NCBI GenBank assembly: GCA_038065395.1
Contig: JBBTRB010000004.1
Location: 6,042-70,041, forward strand
Length of the DNA: 64,000 nucleotides
Direction: 5' to 3'
Origin: Patescibacteria group bacterium
GTDB lineage: Bacteria > Patescibacteriota > Minisyncoccia > Phycocordibacterales > PALSA-1337
The notes under the pieces are model-generated. The model was not told where the DNA came from. It worked only from the letters and a program-made list of their open reading frames with translations, and made no database searches. Numbering within the stretch: the first letter of the stretch is position 1; every line of letters starts with the position of its first letter. This document shows, piece by piece, positions 39,287 through 49,606 of the stretch. Made by a program: the position numbers and the translations under genes.

Positions 39287-41563
39287 ATGGACTTGCCAAT
39301 CATTGCCAAGAAAGCAGAAATCATCAGTGCAGTTACGGACAACAAGGTAGTCATCGTTACGGGGGAAACTGGGTGCGGAAAAACTTCGCAACTTCCAGTA
39401 ATTCTCCATGAAATGGGACTATCCCAACGAGGTCCGATAGTGGTTGCAGAACCACGTCGGGCTGCAGCGATTGCGACCGCAGAATACGTCGCTTCGCAGA
39501 TCGGCTCGGAACTCGGGGAACGTGTCGGATACCATGTTCGCTTTGGCAACGTCAGTGTTGCGGGCACAGCGATCAAATTCGTGACCAACGGAATACTCCT
39601 TCGGGAAATGTTCTCTGGTTCCTTGTTTGAGCGATACAGTGCTGTGATCATTGATGAAGCCCACGAGCGTAGCTTGGAAATCGACCTCCTTCTTGGACTT
39701 GCCAAACGTGCAGCCCGAATAAGGAATAATTTCCGAGTTATCATCGCTTCGGCCACACTCAATGCTGAAGCCTTGTCAAAATACTTCGAAGGAGCTCCAG
39801 TCATCAATGTTCCAGGAAGGCAGTTTCCTGTGACTATCTCATACCATCGTCGCACTCTCCCTCGCATAGAGTGGGTCGTGCGCGCGGTGGCAAAGAAAAT
39901 CATGGCGATACTTGCAGACACAAAAGAAGGCGATATCCTAGCGTTCATGCCAGGACGTGACAGCATTGAAGCGGTCATTGCCGAGATTTGGAGTCAGGAA
40001 GGGGGACGAATTGTAACCCTGCCATTCCACAAGGACATGGAGGCAACTGAATATCATCGCATCTTCGAGGAATTTCCTGGGATGCGGAAGGTAATCATCG
40101 CCACCAATATTGCTGAAACATCCCTGACATTGCCTACGGTGAAATTTGTCTTGGATAGCGGCCTCATCAAGGAAGTCGACTACTGTTCAGAAACAGGAAT
40201 TGAAAGCCTTGCGATCGCGCCTCACTCACAAAGTGGGTGCATCCAACGAAGTGGCCGAGTAGGGAGAGTGTCGGAAGGGACGTGTCACAGGCTTTATCCT
40301 GAACCGTCCTTTGAGCTCCGACCTCCATATACCAAGCCTGAAATTCTTCGGCGAAAGCTAGATATCACACTCCTCTACCTCAGAACTCTGGGATTTGAGG
40401 GTCCTGGCGCATTCGAGTTTGTCGATAAGCCTGATGAGAAGGTATTCACCCAGGCAAAAGAGGAACTCGTTAAATTGGGGGCGTTCTCATCAACTAATGG
40501 GGATCTCACCAATGCCGGGAAACTCATGGTGGCTCTGCCACTTGTTCCTCGAGTGGGACGTCTCGTTGTTGAGGCTGCCAAACGAGGTTGCGTGCGCGAG
40601 ATACTGTCATACGCCTCCTTCCTTGCTTCGCCTGCCGTTTTCCTTCGCCCTTGGGGTAATGAGAAAAAGGCACGCTCGGTTCAATCGCAATTCTTTGTTC
40701 CGCATTCAGACGTTTTAACATTTCTGAAGGTGTGGCAAGGATACGCCGATTCAGGTCAGTCAAAGGCTTGGTGTGAAGAACACTTCCTTTGTCCGCACGC
40801 TCTCGGCGAGGTTGCACTTGCCAGAGAGCAGCTCTCACGCATCCTCCTTGATCGCAATATCGGAATGAGCAGTAATTCGTCAGAGGATGTTTTGGTCCAG
40901 ACGATTGCCGCTTCATTGCACGCCTATCTCTTGAAGCACGAGGGAAAAGGAAATTATGTCGGAGTGTTCCATGACTTCGGGAAGGTACGCATCCATCCTG
41001 GGTCGGCATTGTGGGGTACAACACCGGATCATATCGTTGCGACAAGCATCGTAAAGGTCTGGCATCCATATGCCGCACAATGCACGGCAGTTAACAGGGA
41101 AATTATGGCGAAAGTCTTTCCCCAGTTGTTGCCGAAACCTGCTCAGGAAATTCCGAGGGAAAAAGTGGTTGAAAGACCACCTGCTCCTGAAGTTACTGCA
41201 ACCATCGTTAAAGTTTCAGAAAAATTTGTCGTTGATGAAAAAGTCACGCTGGTTTTTGTGAAGCATAAAAACGAGTTGGTCGCCTTGTATCGAGGAGCAC
41301 TGCTTCAGCAGTTAGAAAGAGGATCAATCGTACCGATCCCTGGTAGGCTCTACGCCTGTTCAGTCTTTTCCGAAGGGGGGAAGCTGACTCTGAAACTCCA
41401 CAAGGAGATTCTTCCAGGAGAGAAAAATGGGACGAAAGATTCACATCGAATTGTTGGGGATGTGCTTAAAAGCAAAATCGATCGAAGACTTGAGGTTACC
41501 GAGGAGACTGCCGATTTAGCACATGACCTGGCTACTTCATGGCAGTGCCGTCTCGATGATTGA
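39287..41563 (+). CDS. hrpA: ATP-dependent DEAH-box RNA helicase (HrpA/HrpB family)
   Basis: GETGCGKTSQLP Walker A, IIDEAHERS motif II, HA2/OB C-terminal region; 758 aa. Confidence 0.8.
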   Translation: MDLPIIAKKAEIISAVTDNKVVIVTGETGCGKTSQLPVILHEMGLSQRGPIVVAEPRRAAAIATAEYVASQIGSELGERVGYHVRFGNVSVAGTAIKFVTNGILLREMFSGSLFERYSAVIIDEAHERSLEIDLLLGLAKRAARIRNNFRVIIASATLNAEALSKYFEGAPVINVPGRQFPVTISYHRRTLPRIEWVVRAVAKKIMAILADTKEGDILAFMPGRDSIEAVIAEIWSQEGGRIVTLPFHKDMEATEYHRIFEEFPGMRKVIIATNIAETSLTLPTVKFVLDSGLIKEVDYCSETGIESLAIAPHSQSGCIQRSGRVGRVSEGTCHRLYPEPSFELRPPYTKPEILRRKLDITLLYLRTLGFEGPGAFEFVDKPDEKVFTQAKEELVKLGAFSSTNGDLTNAGKLMVALPLVPRVGRLVVEAAKRGCVREILSYASFLASPAVFLRPWGNEKKARSVQSQFFVPHSDVLTFLKVWQGYADSGQSKAWCEEHFLCPHALGEVALAREQLSRILLDRNIGMSSNSSEDVLVQTIAASLHAYLLKHEGKGNYVGVFHDFGKVRIHPGSALWGTTPDHIVATSIVKVWHPYAAQCTAVNREIMAKVFPQLLPKPAQEIPREKVVERPPAPEVTATIVKVSEKFVVDEKVTLVFVKHKNELVALYRGALLQQLERGSIVPIPGRLYACSVFSEGGKLTLKLHKEILPGEKNGTKDSHRIVGDVLKSKIDRRLEVTEETADLAHDLATSWQCRLDD

Positions 41564-41585
41564 AAAGTTTTTGAAAAAAATAAAA

Positions 41586-41614
41586 GCCGGAGTGGAAACA
41601 CTCCGGCCTTTTTG
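41586..41614. terminator. Bidirectional intrinsic terminator (GCCGGAGTG-gaaa-CACTCCGGC flanked by A-run and T-run)
   Basis: Sits between convergent hrpA and the 41633-42349 gene. Confidence 0.55.
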
Positions 41615-41632
41615 TATATGTTGCTCGGCTTA

Positions 41633-42349
41633 TTAAGCCGGTGAGTAGGCGCCTCGGGCTGCCTTGAGTTTTTTCTTGAGTTCGCTCCCATCTTCTTTCA
41701 AACAGACCGATATCCTTCCGATTGCTCGGTAGAGGCCGTCTTGATCGAGATGGAACGCACTCAGTATTTCGGGCAAGGGGATTTTTGGAAAATCATCCCA
41801 GACCAGAAACACCACTGCGTCTTTTGCAAGCATGACTTCGGCGGCGGGATCACGGCTTTGCAGAAGATCAGCACCCAGGAAAACCCCAGTGACCGCTTTC
41901 TGCACATTTCCGATGACTTGCGCTGTGTTCCCAGAAGCAATGATCGGTGTGGTCTCGGTTTTCGTCGGTCCTTTTGCACTGAGCGGTGTTGATTGAGGTG
42001 ATGGACTGGCGGGCGCAGAAGGGGAACTGGTCCCACTCGGCATGGCTGCGATCATAAGAGCCTCGGTTTTGATTTCTTCAATCAATGAAGCCAAGGTCGC
42101 ATCGGCTTTCAGTAACGTTTTGACCTTTTTGACTGCCTGATAGACGTCAGGATTATGTTTCCTTCCGACGACTTCTCTCGAAGCCTTGAGTGATGCACCG
42201 AGCTCTTCCCTGAGGGTGTACATTACCACCTTCTTGGCCACCAGATCACCCTTGTCGCCTCTGAGGATTTCAGGCGTGGTCTTGTAGTGAACTGCAACCA
42301 TCGCGAGTACTTTTTGAACGATTCGAGGGTCTTGGGTCTTCGCTTTCAT
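41633..42349 (-). CDS. Protein with an N-terminal DnaA-C-terminal-like helix-turn-helix domain and a C-terminal domain of unknown function
   Basis: PRIVQKVLAMVAVHYKTTPEIL...AKKVVMYTLREELGASLKASREVVGRKHNPDVYQAVKKV parallels DnaA domain IV (...RQMAMALAKELT..SL.EIG..FGGRDHTTVLHA.RKI). Confidence 0.5.
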   Translation of the reverse strand: MKAKTQDPRIVQKVLAMVAVHYKTTPEILRGDKGDLVAKKVVMYTLREELGASLKASREVVGRKHNPDVYQAVKKVKTLLKADATLASLIEEIKTEALMIAAMPSGTSSPSAPASPSPQSTPLSAKGPTKTETTPIIASGNTAQVIGNVQKAVTGVFLGADLLQSRDPAAEVMLAKDAVVFLVWDDFPKIPLPEILSAFHLDQDGLYRAIGRISVCLKEDGSELKKKLKAARGAYSPA

Positions 42350-42449
42350 AATTCCTCTCTTTTGTTAAGGTTCATATGCATTTACCGAAATCTTTGACTC
42401 TGATTACAATACTACACGATTTTGGAATCTTGTAAAGGGGTAATAAAAA

Positions 42450-42473
42450 GGCCATCCGTCTTTGCGGATGGCC
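42450..42473 (-). terminator. Intrinsic terminator of the sigma-factor gene (GGCCATCCG-caaagac-CGGATGGCC followed by T-run on the minus strand)
   Basis: 9-bp perfect stem; A5 on the plus strand gives T5 after the hairpin on the minus strand. Confidence 0.5.
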
Positions 42474-42493
42474 ATGTGCTCGATGCTTTCGCA

Positions 42494-45400
42494 TCAAAGA
42501 TTCTGTAATTCAACCACGAGGCGAACTTTCTCAAACTCTTGGGTATAACCCACCATCAGATCCGCGTCCGACGGATCTAAAGTCAGAGTCAATCGTTCCA
42601 TGGTCGTGACGAGAATCTGTTGCACTCGGGAACGAGTGATATTGTAGGTTTGTCCTAAGGCTTCATACGTCGGAGTTTCTTTTGTTGGGTCTCCTCCGAA
42701 ACGAAGCCGGAGGATATCCTTGTGGCGGTCTGGCACATCTAGTGCGTCGAGCTTGGCGTGGAGTCGTTGAACTTTTGCTTGGAAAGGTTTTACAATTTTT
42801 TCCACAATGCTTTTTAGTTCCTCAACCTGTTTAGGGAAAAGGATCTTCTGGCATTGTTTTATTTGTTGCAAATCTCCTCCATAAACATCCAGGCTATACT
42901 GACCTCGTATGAGTTTCAGTTTTGCTTGAAGGTCTGCATCAGTCTTCATTTCTTCCGCCATGCCACTGCAAATTACGGAAGCGCGACTATAATCACCGAA
43001 TCCGAAGATTTGCGCTACTTCCTGACACTGGACGTTGAAGTCAGTGCGCAGAACGTGCATCGCAAAACTTTTTGCACGAATCCGATATTTTTCCGGGTCG
43101 TCGGGTCTTGTATGTGACCTGGCGAACAGTTTCGACTTCTCGACGTCGAATGCTTGGCTCGTGAGAGTAAGGACTTGATCGACAATCGGAGAAGCTGCTT
43201 TTAATGCAGACTCTGCGGCCAGAGCAACTTGTTCAGGGTCAACTTGTTTTTCCTGTCGAAAACCGCACAAGGCGATGATTTTTTCGATCTCATCGGCAAG
43301 GGCAGTGTCCCTCTCAATCGCTTGTTTGAGCGACCGATGTCCATGCATGGCCGTCGTGTGGTCAGCGTAGTGGAGAGCCTGTCCAATTCCCACAAAAGAG
43401 GATTTGAGTTCCTCCCTCATGATATATGTGCAGACCCATCTTACCCAAACAACTTCGTTCGGGCGAGATTCACCGAGTATTATCTCTGGTGTTTTCCCAT
43501 AAACATCGCCGACAACTCGGATAATGTCTTCTGGTGTAGGCGTTCCTGGCTTGACCTCTGCGAGTTTGGCTTGAGGACGTCTTGGGGTAATTGTCACCCC
43601 TGGAATCATCTCTCCGCCACTTCTCTCGGCATCATCCTGGAATACGATTGAGACTTCATCCAAGATCAAGGCTTCGGCTGGAGTGGACAGATCGGCTTCA
43701 GCACATACGATGTTTTCAAGATCGTGGACGCGCTTAAGCTCCTCATTAAGTTTCTCTCGAGTCATTGCGATTCCGTGTTTCGCCAACTCCTGCCAGACCT
43801 TATCTTCCATTTGCTGAATTCGTGAGCGAGTCACTCCTCCCATTGCGGGGCGAATTGACTCGTGTGTATGATCTTCGGGATAACCCTCAAGGCCCCAGAA
43901 CATTTTGAATACCGTCTTGCAACGATCACTGATTGGCAGCGCTTTAATCGCCGCTAACAATGTTCTGATGTTCCGAGAGGCTATCTCCAAATCCTCCTTT
44001 GCTTCGAGAGCAGTAGAGGCAGAAGGGAAGCAGTTGTCCATGATGTGATCGCCGATGGTGACATCGCTGTCTTTCGACGAGGCACTGTAAGCCAACTCCT
44101 CCAAAGACACGACGGGAACTTTGAGTTGATGGAGAATCTTCTTCACCTTATCAACGTCTAGCTCCGCTCGAGCTGCCACTTCTTCAAGCGTCGGTTCGCG
44201 TTGCAGTTCCAATCCGAGCTCGCACGTTATCTTGAGGACCTTGTTGAGAGCCTCAATTGCGTGAACTGGCATCCGGATGATGTTCGTGAAGTTTTGGATC
44301 GCACGAGCGATATAGGATCTGATCCACCATGTCGCATACGTAGAGAAGTGAAATCCCTTTTCAGGGTCAAATCTCTCCGCTGCGACCATGAGACCCATAT
44401 TTCCTTCCTGAACAAGGTCGTCGTAGTCCAAACCTCGACCCATATAGTGCGCGGCGATTTTCATCGACAAGCGCAAGTTATGAACCACGATGGTGTTGCG
44501 GGCTTCGTAGTCGGCGTGCATGTGCCATCGGCGTGCCAATTCTAGTAGGTCCTGATGCTTCAGAAACTTATGGTTTTTGACGGCACTATAGTAAGGATTG
44601 CTGACTCCTGATTCACGATCGAAGATGAACTTCGGTATGAATTCTCCGTTCGGATCAGCATGCTCGCTTTCCTCGCCATCAGTTTCCTTATTCTCTTCCA
44701 GTTCGAGCAAAGCCTCTTTTGAAGGCTCTTCCGAAACAGTTTCGCTAATACCGGTTGAGTTGAACAAAGCCGGTAGCTTACCCCTGTTGGAGGATGGTGA
44801 TTCGGGGCGACGAGAGTAGGACGTCTCGGGACTGTGTGAATCTGGTTTTTTGTAATGAACCTCACCAATCACAATCTTGACATCGATGGCTCCCAGCAAC
44901 TGGGTGATCCAACGCATTGTTGTTCGTAACTTTGCATTGTCCTGCGAAATTTCCGCAGGGATGAGAGTTCCGATTTGCTGTGGCGAGATATGACCTTTCG
45001 CTTTGGCTGCCAGAAGAATTCCGAGAGAGTCAGGCACAAGGCCTTGCTCGCGCAAAATTTTGGCATTCAAGAAAGACGACTCGTGTCCTTCTCCTGCGTA
45101 TTGTGGTCCCTTAGCAGGAGCTAAGGGAGGAACAGTCTGTTCCTTGACCTTCGGTTGCGGTTTCGGCTTGATAGTCGGAACTGCAGAGGATTGGACAACA
45201 TGGTTATGTACGACGTTAAACGTGACGCTAATGTTGAGATTTTGCAGTATTTTTTTAATTTCCTGCAACACCCCTGCCATCTTGTTTCGGTCTTTCGCTA
45301 ACGCCGTGGAAATCATCTCACTGATTTCCTGAGGGGTGATGGTACCTCGTTCCTTGGCTCGGTTGAGAGTGTCCTTGGCAGTGGGCTTTAAACCCCATCT

Positions 45401-45502
45401 TTCAAGTACAGCATCATCAAAGCCGCTAAATGAGGGGTCGATTCTTTCGATCATTTTTGCTCCAGTGGTTGAATTGTTAATGTGCGAAGACTGAAAGTAC
45501 AC
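42494..45502 (-). CDS. rpoD: RpoD-like sigma-70 factor (1002 aa) with duplicated region-1.1-like N-terminus, regions 2-3-4, two DnaA-C-like HTH domains and a second C-terminal region-4 copy
   Basis: DLVQEGNMGLMVAAERFDPEKGFHFSTYATWWIRSYIARAI (region 2), IRMPVHAIEALNKV (region 3), two region-4.2-like segments (GGVTRSRIQQMEDKV and YNITRSRVQQILVTTMERL), and HYADHTTAMHGHRSL (DnaA_C-like). Confidence 0.75.
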   Translation of the reverse strand: MYFQSSHINNSTTGAKMIERIDPSFSGFDDAVLERWGLKPTAKDTLNRAKERGTITPQEISEMISTALAKDRNKMAGVLQEIKKILQNLNISVTFNVVHNHVVQSSAVPTIKPKPQPKVKEQTVPPLAPAKGPQYAGEGHESSFLNAKILREQGLVPDSLGILLAAKAKGHISPQQIGTLIPAEISQDNAKLRTTMRWITQLLGAIDVKIVIGEVHYKKPDSHSPETSYSRRPESPSSNRGKLPALFNSTGISETVSEEPSKEALLELEENKETDGEESEHADPNGEFIPKFIFDRESGVSNPYYSAVKNHKFLKHQDLLELARRWHMHADYEARNTIVVHNLRLSMKIAAHYMGRGLDYDDLVQEGNMGLMVAAERFDPEKGFHFSTYATWWIRSYIARAIQNFTNIIRMPVHAIEALNKVLKITCELGLELQREPTLEEVAARAELDVDKVKKILHQLKVPVVSLEELAYSASSKDSDVTIGDHIMDNCFPSASTALEAKEDLEIASRNIRTLLAAIKALPISDRCKTVFKMFWGLEGYPEDHTHESIRPAMGGVTRSRIQQMEDKVWQELAKHGIAMTREKLNEELKRVHDLENIVCAEADLSTPAEALILDEVSIVFQDDAERSGGEMIPGVTITPRRPQAKLAEVKPGTPTPEDIIRVVGDVYGKTPEIILGESRPNEVVWVRWVCTYIMREELKSSFVGIGQALHYADHTTAMHGHRSLKQAIERDTALADEIEKIIALCGFRQEKQVDPEQVALAAESALKAASPIVDQVLTLTSQAFDVEKSKLFARSHTRPDDPEKYRIRAKSFAMHVLRTDFNVQCQEVAQIFGFGDYSRASVICSGMAEEMKTDADLQAKLKLIRGQYSLDVYGGDLQQIKQCQKILFPKQVEELKSIVEKIVKPFQAKVQRLHAKLDALDVPDRHKDILRLRFGGDPTKETPTYEALGQTYNITRSRVQQILVTTMERLTLTLDPSDADLMVGYTQEFEKVRLVVELQNL

Positions 45503-45598
45503 TACCTTAATTATAGTGACTTGTCCAGTACTTTCTTAAAGTAAAAACACACCACCACTCGCTAGGTGATTGGTGGTTTTTTCTTACCTGGGGAAGAT

Positions 45599-48500
45599 CT
45601 ACAACCCTTTGACCCTCTCGACAATAAAACTCCTTTCACCGTTACGGGTGGTCACGGTGGCTTTGAGAGCGACACAGCGGTCAGGGGTGATGAGGTTCTT
45701 GAATTCGGTGTAGGTGCGAGGGAAGACGACGGCTTCGGTTGTGCCGGTAAGGTCAGAGATGGCGAGGAAGGCCATGGTGTCGTTCTTCTTGGTTTGGATC
45801 GGGCGGACGCTGTCGATCATGGCAACACAGACGAACGAAGCGCCGTCCTTCTCGGTTTCGAGAACCTTTTTTATATTGACGTCTCTCTTCTCCATGATCT
45901 CTCGGAATCGTTCCAGTGGATGTCCTGAGATGTAGAGACCGAGGAGCTCTTTCTCCCAAGCCAGTCGGTCGCGCATATCTACTGGAGGAGCATCGACGAG
46001 GCGGAGTGTCGGAGCGCTCGAGGCATCTGACATCATGCTAAAGAGAGAGTCTTGGTCACTATGCTGATCGCCCTTCTCTTTGTTGTAGGCGAGACAAAGA
46101 TCTATATTAGCGAGCAAGAGTCCGCGTTCATGACCGAAGAGGTCGAGCGCACCGGCTTTGATCAGGGCTTCGAGAGACTTTTTGTTCAGGTTACGATCTT
46201 TGACACGGTCGAGGAAGTTGGCGAGGGAGGTGAAGGGGCCGTTCTTCTTTCGTTCTTCGATGATCGAAGTCGAAATACCCTGCCCGAAGTTCTTGATCGT
46301 GACCAGCCCAAAGCGGATACGATATTTGTTTGCTGTGTCATCCCCGTGAAAACGGGGATCCAGGGTATTGTTACTGTCTGTGGTTTGATCCTGGATTCCC
46401 GCTTGCGCCTTCGCTTCGCTTCGGCTTGCGGGAATGACAACAGAGGTTGGTCCCTTGACCACCGTAAACTGACTATAACTTTCATTCACATCCGGAGGTA
46501 GCACCGGAATATTCATACGCTTACATTCAGCGATCGTTTCGGCCACTTTTTCTACTTCGCCAGATTCTGAGGAGAGTACCGCCGAGAGATATATTGCAGG
46601 GAAATGTGCCTTGAGATACGCCGTGAGGTAGGCGATACGTCCATATGATACCGAGTGTGCTTTGTTGAAACCATACGATGCGAACGGCTCGATCCACTTC
46701 CAGACTTCTTTGGCTTTCTTCTCGCCCCACTTGCTATGCGTGACACAGCCTTTGATGAACTTCTCTTTTTGCTCCGCCATTTCCTCGGGGATTTTCTTGC
46801 CAACCGCTTTGCGAAATTTGTCCACCTCGCCCCAGCTGTATCCGGCGAGTTCGTGAGCCATCATCAACAAGTCGTCTTGGTAGACCAGGATGCCGTTGGT
46901 CTTCTTGAGGATCTTTTCGAGGCTTGGGTCCAGGTAGCTGATGAGTGACGGGTCATGTTTGCGGGCGATGTATTCTGGGATGAACTGCAGGGGTCCAGGA
47001 CGATAGAGCGCCACCATGGCGTTGATATCGTGGATACTGGTCGGTCGGAGGTCTTTGAGGAACCTGGTCATGCCGTCGCCGTTGAGTTGGAAGAGGTCGG
47101 CGGTCTCACCACGAGCGAGCATCTCGAATGTCGGCACATCGTCGATCGGTATCGTGTCGGCATCGAGTTTGACTCCAGCGATCTTCTCTACACGAGAGAT
47201 CGTATCGGCGATGATGGTGAGGTTCTTGAGACCCAGGAAGTCGAACTTCAGGAGTCCTGCTTCCTCGATCGAATACATGTCGTACTGCGTGATGATCTTG
47301 CCTTCGCCTTTGGGGTCGAACTGGAGTGGAGTGAAGTCCGTCAATGCACTCGGAGAGATCACCACTCCTGCCGCATGGACACCGATGTGGCGCGAACAAC
47401 CTTCGATCTTGCGTGCCATATCGATGATCGTACGCACGTCTTGCTCGGACTGGTATATCTGTTTGAGTTCGGCGACTTCTTCGAGTGCCCGGTCGATCGT
47501 CATCGGGAATCCTTGTGCACCCATGGGAACGAGTTTGGAAATACGGTCACCGAGATCGTAGGGGAATCCCATGGCACGAGCGACGTCACGGATCGAGCCA
47601 CGTGCCATCATCGTACCGAAGGTTCCGATCTGAGCTACTCGGTCATGGCCATACTTCTCTCGTACGTAGGCGATCATGTCGTCACGACGATCGTCGGCAT
47701 AGTCCATGTCGATATCGGGAGCAGAGGGACGTTCTGGGTTGAGGAAGCGCTCGAAAGGGATCTCGTATTCGATCGGGTTGATATTGGTGATACCTGCGAG
47801 GTACGTGACCATCGAGCCAGAGACCGATCCGCGGATGTTAGACAAGATGCCGTTGGCACGAGCGAAGTTCAGGAGGTCTGCCACCACCAAGAAGTATGGT
47901 GCATAGCCTTTGTCGCGGATGACCTTGAGCTCGTATTCGGCACGAGTTTCGTATTCGACGGTTTTCTCGACATTTCTCTTGGCGAATCCTTCGAAGACCA
48001 GACGACGGAGTTCTTCGTCTGCAGTGAGACCACTCTCGATCGTGAGCGCAGGGAACACCCATTTGCCCAAGGTCATCTGGAAGGTGCATCGGTCGGTGAT
48101 CTTCTGAGTATTCTCGAGTGCTTCGGGCATATCGCGAAAGAGTTCCTCAGCACGTTCGGTAGAGATGAAGGAGAAGTCGTCTTCATCATTATCTGATACA
48201 CGCTCGGAATTGTCACCGTGACTGTTGACGCGTACCAGCGTCTCACGAGCCAGACGGTCTTCAGGTTTGAGATAGTAGACATCGTGTGCGGCGCAGACAG
48301 AGATACCCTCGGCGTCGGCGAAGGCCTTGAGAGCCTTCATCGACGTCTCGTGGTTGTCGATCTCGGGATGATGCGTGATCTCGATATAGAGTCGCGGGCC
48401 AGTCTCGTCGGGAGTGAAGACGTTCTTATAAAAGAGTGCTGCTTCGCGAGCCTTGTCCTGGTTCCGACTCTTGAGTGAGAGTGCGATCTCGCCACTGAAG

Positions 48501-48916
48501 GAAGGCGAGATGGCGATCAGTCCCTCATGATATTTCTGGATGAGTTCATGGTCGATACGAGGTTTGTAGTAGAAGCCTTCGAGATGGGAGAGTGTCACGA
48601 GCTGGACGAGGTTGCGGTAGCCGGTCTCATTCATGGCGAGGAGTACCAGGCGAGAGCGTTTGTTGTCTATACCGGCCTGCATGTCTTTGCGTGAACGAGT
48701 GGCCACGAAGAAATCCACTCCGATGATCGGCCTGATGCCTTTTTTCTGGCAGGCTTTGTAGAACTCTATGGCGCCATAGAGGTTGCCGTTGTCGGTCAGG
48801 GCGAGCGCCGTCATGCCAGACTTCTTGGCCTCTGCGACGAGATCGTCGATCTTGGGGAGAGCGGTGAGCAGTGAGTAGTGGGAGTGGGTATGGAGGTGAG
48901 TGAACGGGACGGACAT
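45599..48916 (-). CDS. dnaE: DNA polymerase III alpha subunit
   Basis: N-terminal PHP motif MSVPFTHLHTHSHYSLL, polymerase core, OB-fold C-terminus; 1105 aa. Confidence 0.9.
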   Translation of the reverse strand: MSVPFTHLHTHSHYSLLTALPKIDDLVAEAKKSGMTALALTDNGNLYGAIEFYKACQKKGIRPIIGVDFFVATRSRKDMQAGIDNKRSRLVLLAMNETGYRNLVQLVTLSHLEGFYYKPRIDHELIQKYHEGLIAISPSFSGEIALSLKSRNQDKAREAALFYKNVFTPDETGPRLYIEITHHPEIDNHETSMKALKAFADAEGISVCAAHDVYYLKPEDRLARETLVRVNSHGDNSERVSDNDEDDFSFISTERAEELFRDMPEALENTQKITDRCTFQMTLGKWVFPALTIESGLTADEELRRLVFEGFAKRNVEKTVEYETRAEYELKVIRDKGYAPYFLVVADLLNFARANGILSNIRGSVSGSMVTYLAGITNINPIEYEIPFERFLNPERPSAPDIDMDYADDRRDDMIAYVREKYGHDRVAQIGTFGTMMARGSIRDVARAMGFPYDLGDRISKLVPMGAQGFPMTIDRALEEVAELKQIYQSEQDVRTIIDMARKIEGCSRHIGVHAAGVVISPSALTDFTPLQFDPKGEGKIITQYDMYSIEEAGLLKFDFLGLKNLTIIADTISRVEKIAGVKLDADTIPIDDVPTFEMLARGETADLFQLNGDGMTRFLKDLRPTSIHDINAMVALYRPGPLQFIPEYIARKHDPSLISYLDPSLEKILKKTNGILVYQDDLLMMAHELAGYSWGEVDKFRKAVGKKIPEEMAEQKEKFIKGCVTHSKWGEKKAKEVWKWIEPFASYGFNKAHSVSYGRIAYLTAYLKAHFPAIYLSAVLSSESGEVEKVAETIAECKRMNIPVLPPDVNESYSQFTVVKGPTSVVIPASRSEAKAQAGIQDQTTDSNNTLDPRFHGDDTANKYRIRFGLVTIKNFGQGISTSIIEERKKNGPFTSLANFLDRVKDRNLNKKSLEALIKAGALDLFGHERGLLLANIDLCLAYNKEKGDQHSDQDSLFSMMSDASSAPTLRLVDAPPVDMRDRLAWEKELLGLYISGHPLERFREIMEKRDVNIKKVLETEKDGASFVCVAMIDSVRPIQTKKNDTMAFLAISDLTGTTEAVVFPRTYTEFKNLITPDRCVALKATVTTRNGERSFIVERVKGL

Positions 48917-48982
48917 AGAGGTAGTTTACCGTTTGTATATCCAAATGGAAAGTTCAACGTATTTTGCTATGATCAGTATCAT

Positions 48983-49606
48983 ATGAAGATGTATTCCATA
49001 GGTATTGATGAAGTCGGTCGTGGACCTATCGCAGGCCCTGTGGCGGTTGGTGCTTTGGTATTTCTCAAACCTGAAGCCAGAAGACTTTTTCGTGGCGTGA
49101 AGGAATCGAAACAATTGACTGAAATAAAAAGAGAACAGTGGTTTCGGATTATCGAATTGGCGCAGAAGTCGGGACATGTAGATTTCAAGGTCACGTTTCA
49201 GAGTCAGAGAATAATTGATACCAAAGGTCTGTCATATGCTATCCGTACTGCATTGGCGCTTTCGTTGAATGGTTTGAAAGTCGAACGTCGCAAAGCGCAT
49301 GTTCTCTTGGATGGTGGACTCAAGGCGCCAGTGGAATATCTACATCAAAAGACGATCATAAAGGGAGATGAGAAAGAAGTGGTGATCGCCTTGGCATCTA
49401 TCTGCGCAAAAGTATTGCGCGACAGGAAGATGAACCTATTGGCCAAGAAGCATCCTGAATACGGCTTCGAAAAACACAAAGGGTATGGAACCAAGAGGCA
49501 TCATGAGGCGATCAGGAAACATGGTCTGCTCGAGGTGCATCGTCGAAGTTTTTGTCACGATATAAGAAAATTTGTTGTGCCCGGGGTGGGAGTCGAACCC
49601 ACATGA
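48983..49606 (+). CDS. rnhB: Ribonuclease HII
   Basis: GIDEVGRGPIAGPVAVGA N-terminal motif and HRRSF C-terminal motif. The last ~13 codons overlap the antisense tRNA-Leu. Confidence 0.8.
   Translation: MKMYSIGIDEVGRGPIAGPVAVGALVFLKPEARRLFRGVKESKQLTEIKREQWFRIIELAQKSGHVDFKVTFQSQRIIDTKGLSYAIRTALALSLNGLKVERRKAHVLLDGGLKAPVEYLHQKTIIKGDEKEVVIALASICAKVLRDRKMNLLAKKHPEYGFEKHKGYGTKRHHEAIRKHGLLEVHRRSFCHDIRKFVVPGVGVEPT

Noticed and set aside
39205-39978. 257-aa minus-strand ORF overlapping the hrpA 5' region
   Set aside because: Fully antisense to a confidently identified DEAH helicase N-terminus; R/S-rich shadow-frame composition.
46955-48196. 413-aa plus-strand ORF inside dnaE, and 254-aa ORF (50816-51580) inside infB, 219-aa ORF (33853-34512) inside thrS, 199-aa ORF (22638-23237) inside aspS
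   Set aside because: All are antisense shadows of highly conserved housekeeping genes, with D/E/R/V-rich composition typical of the reverse frame of GC-3-rich genes.
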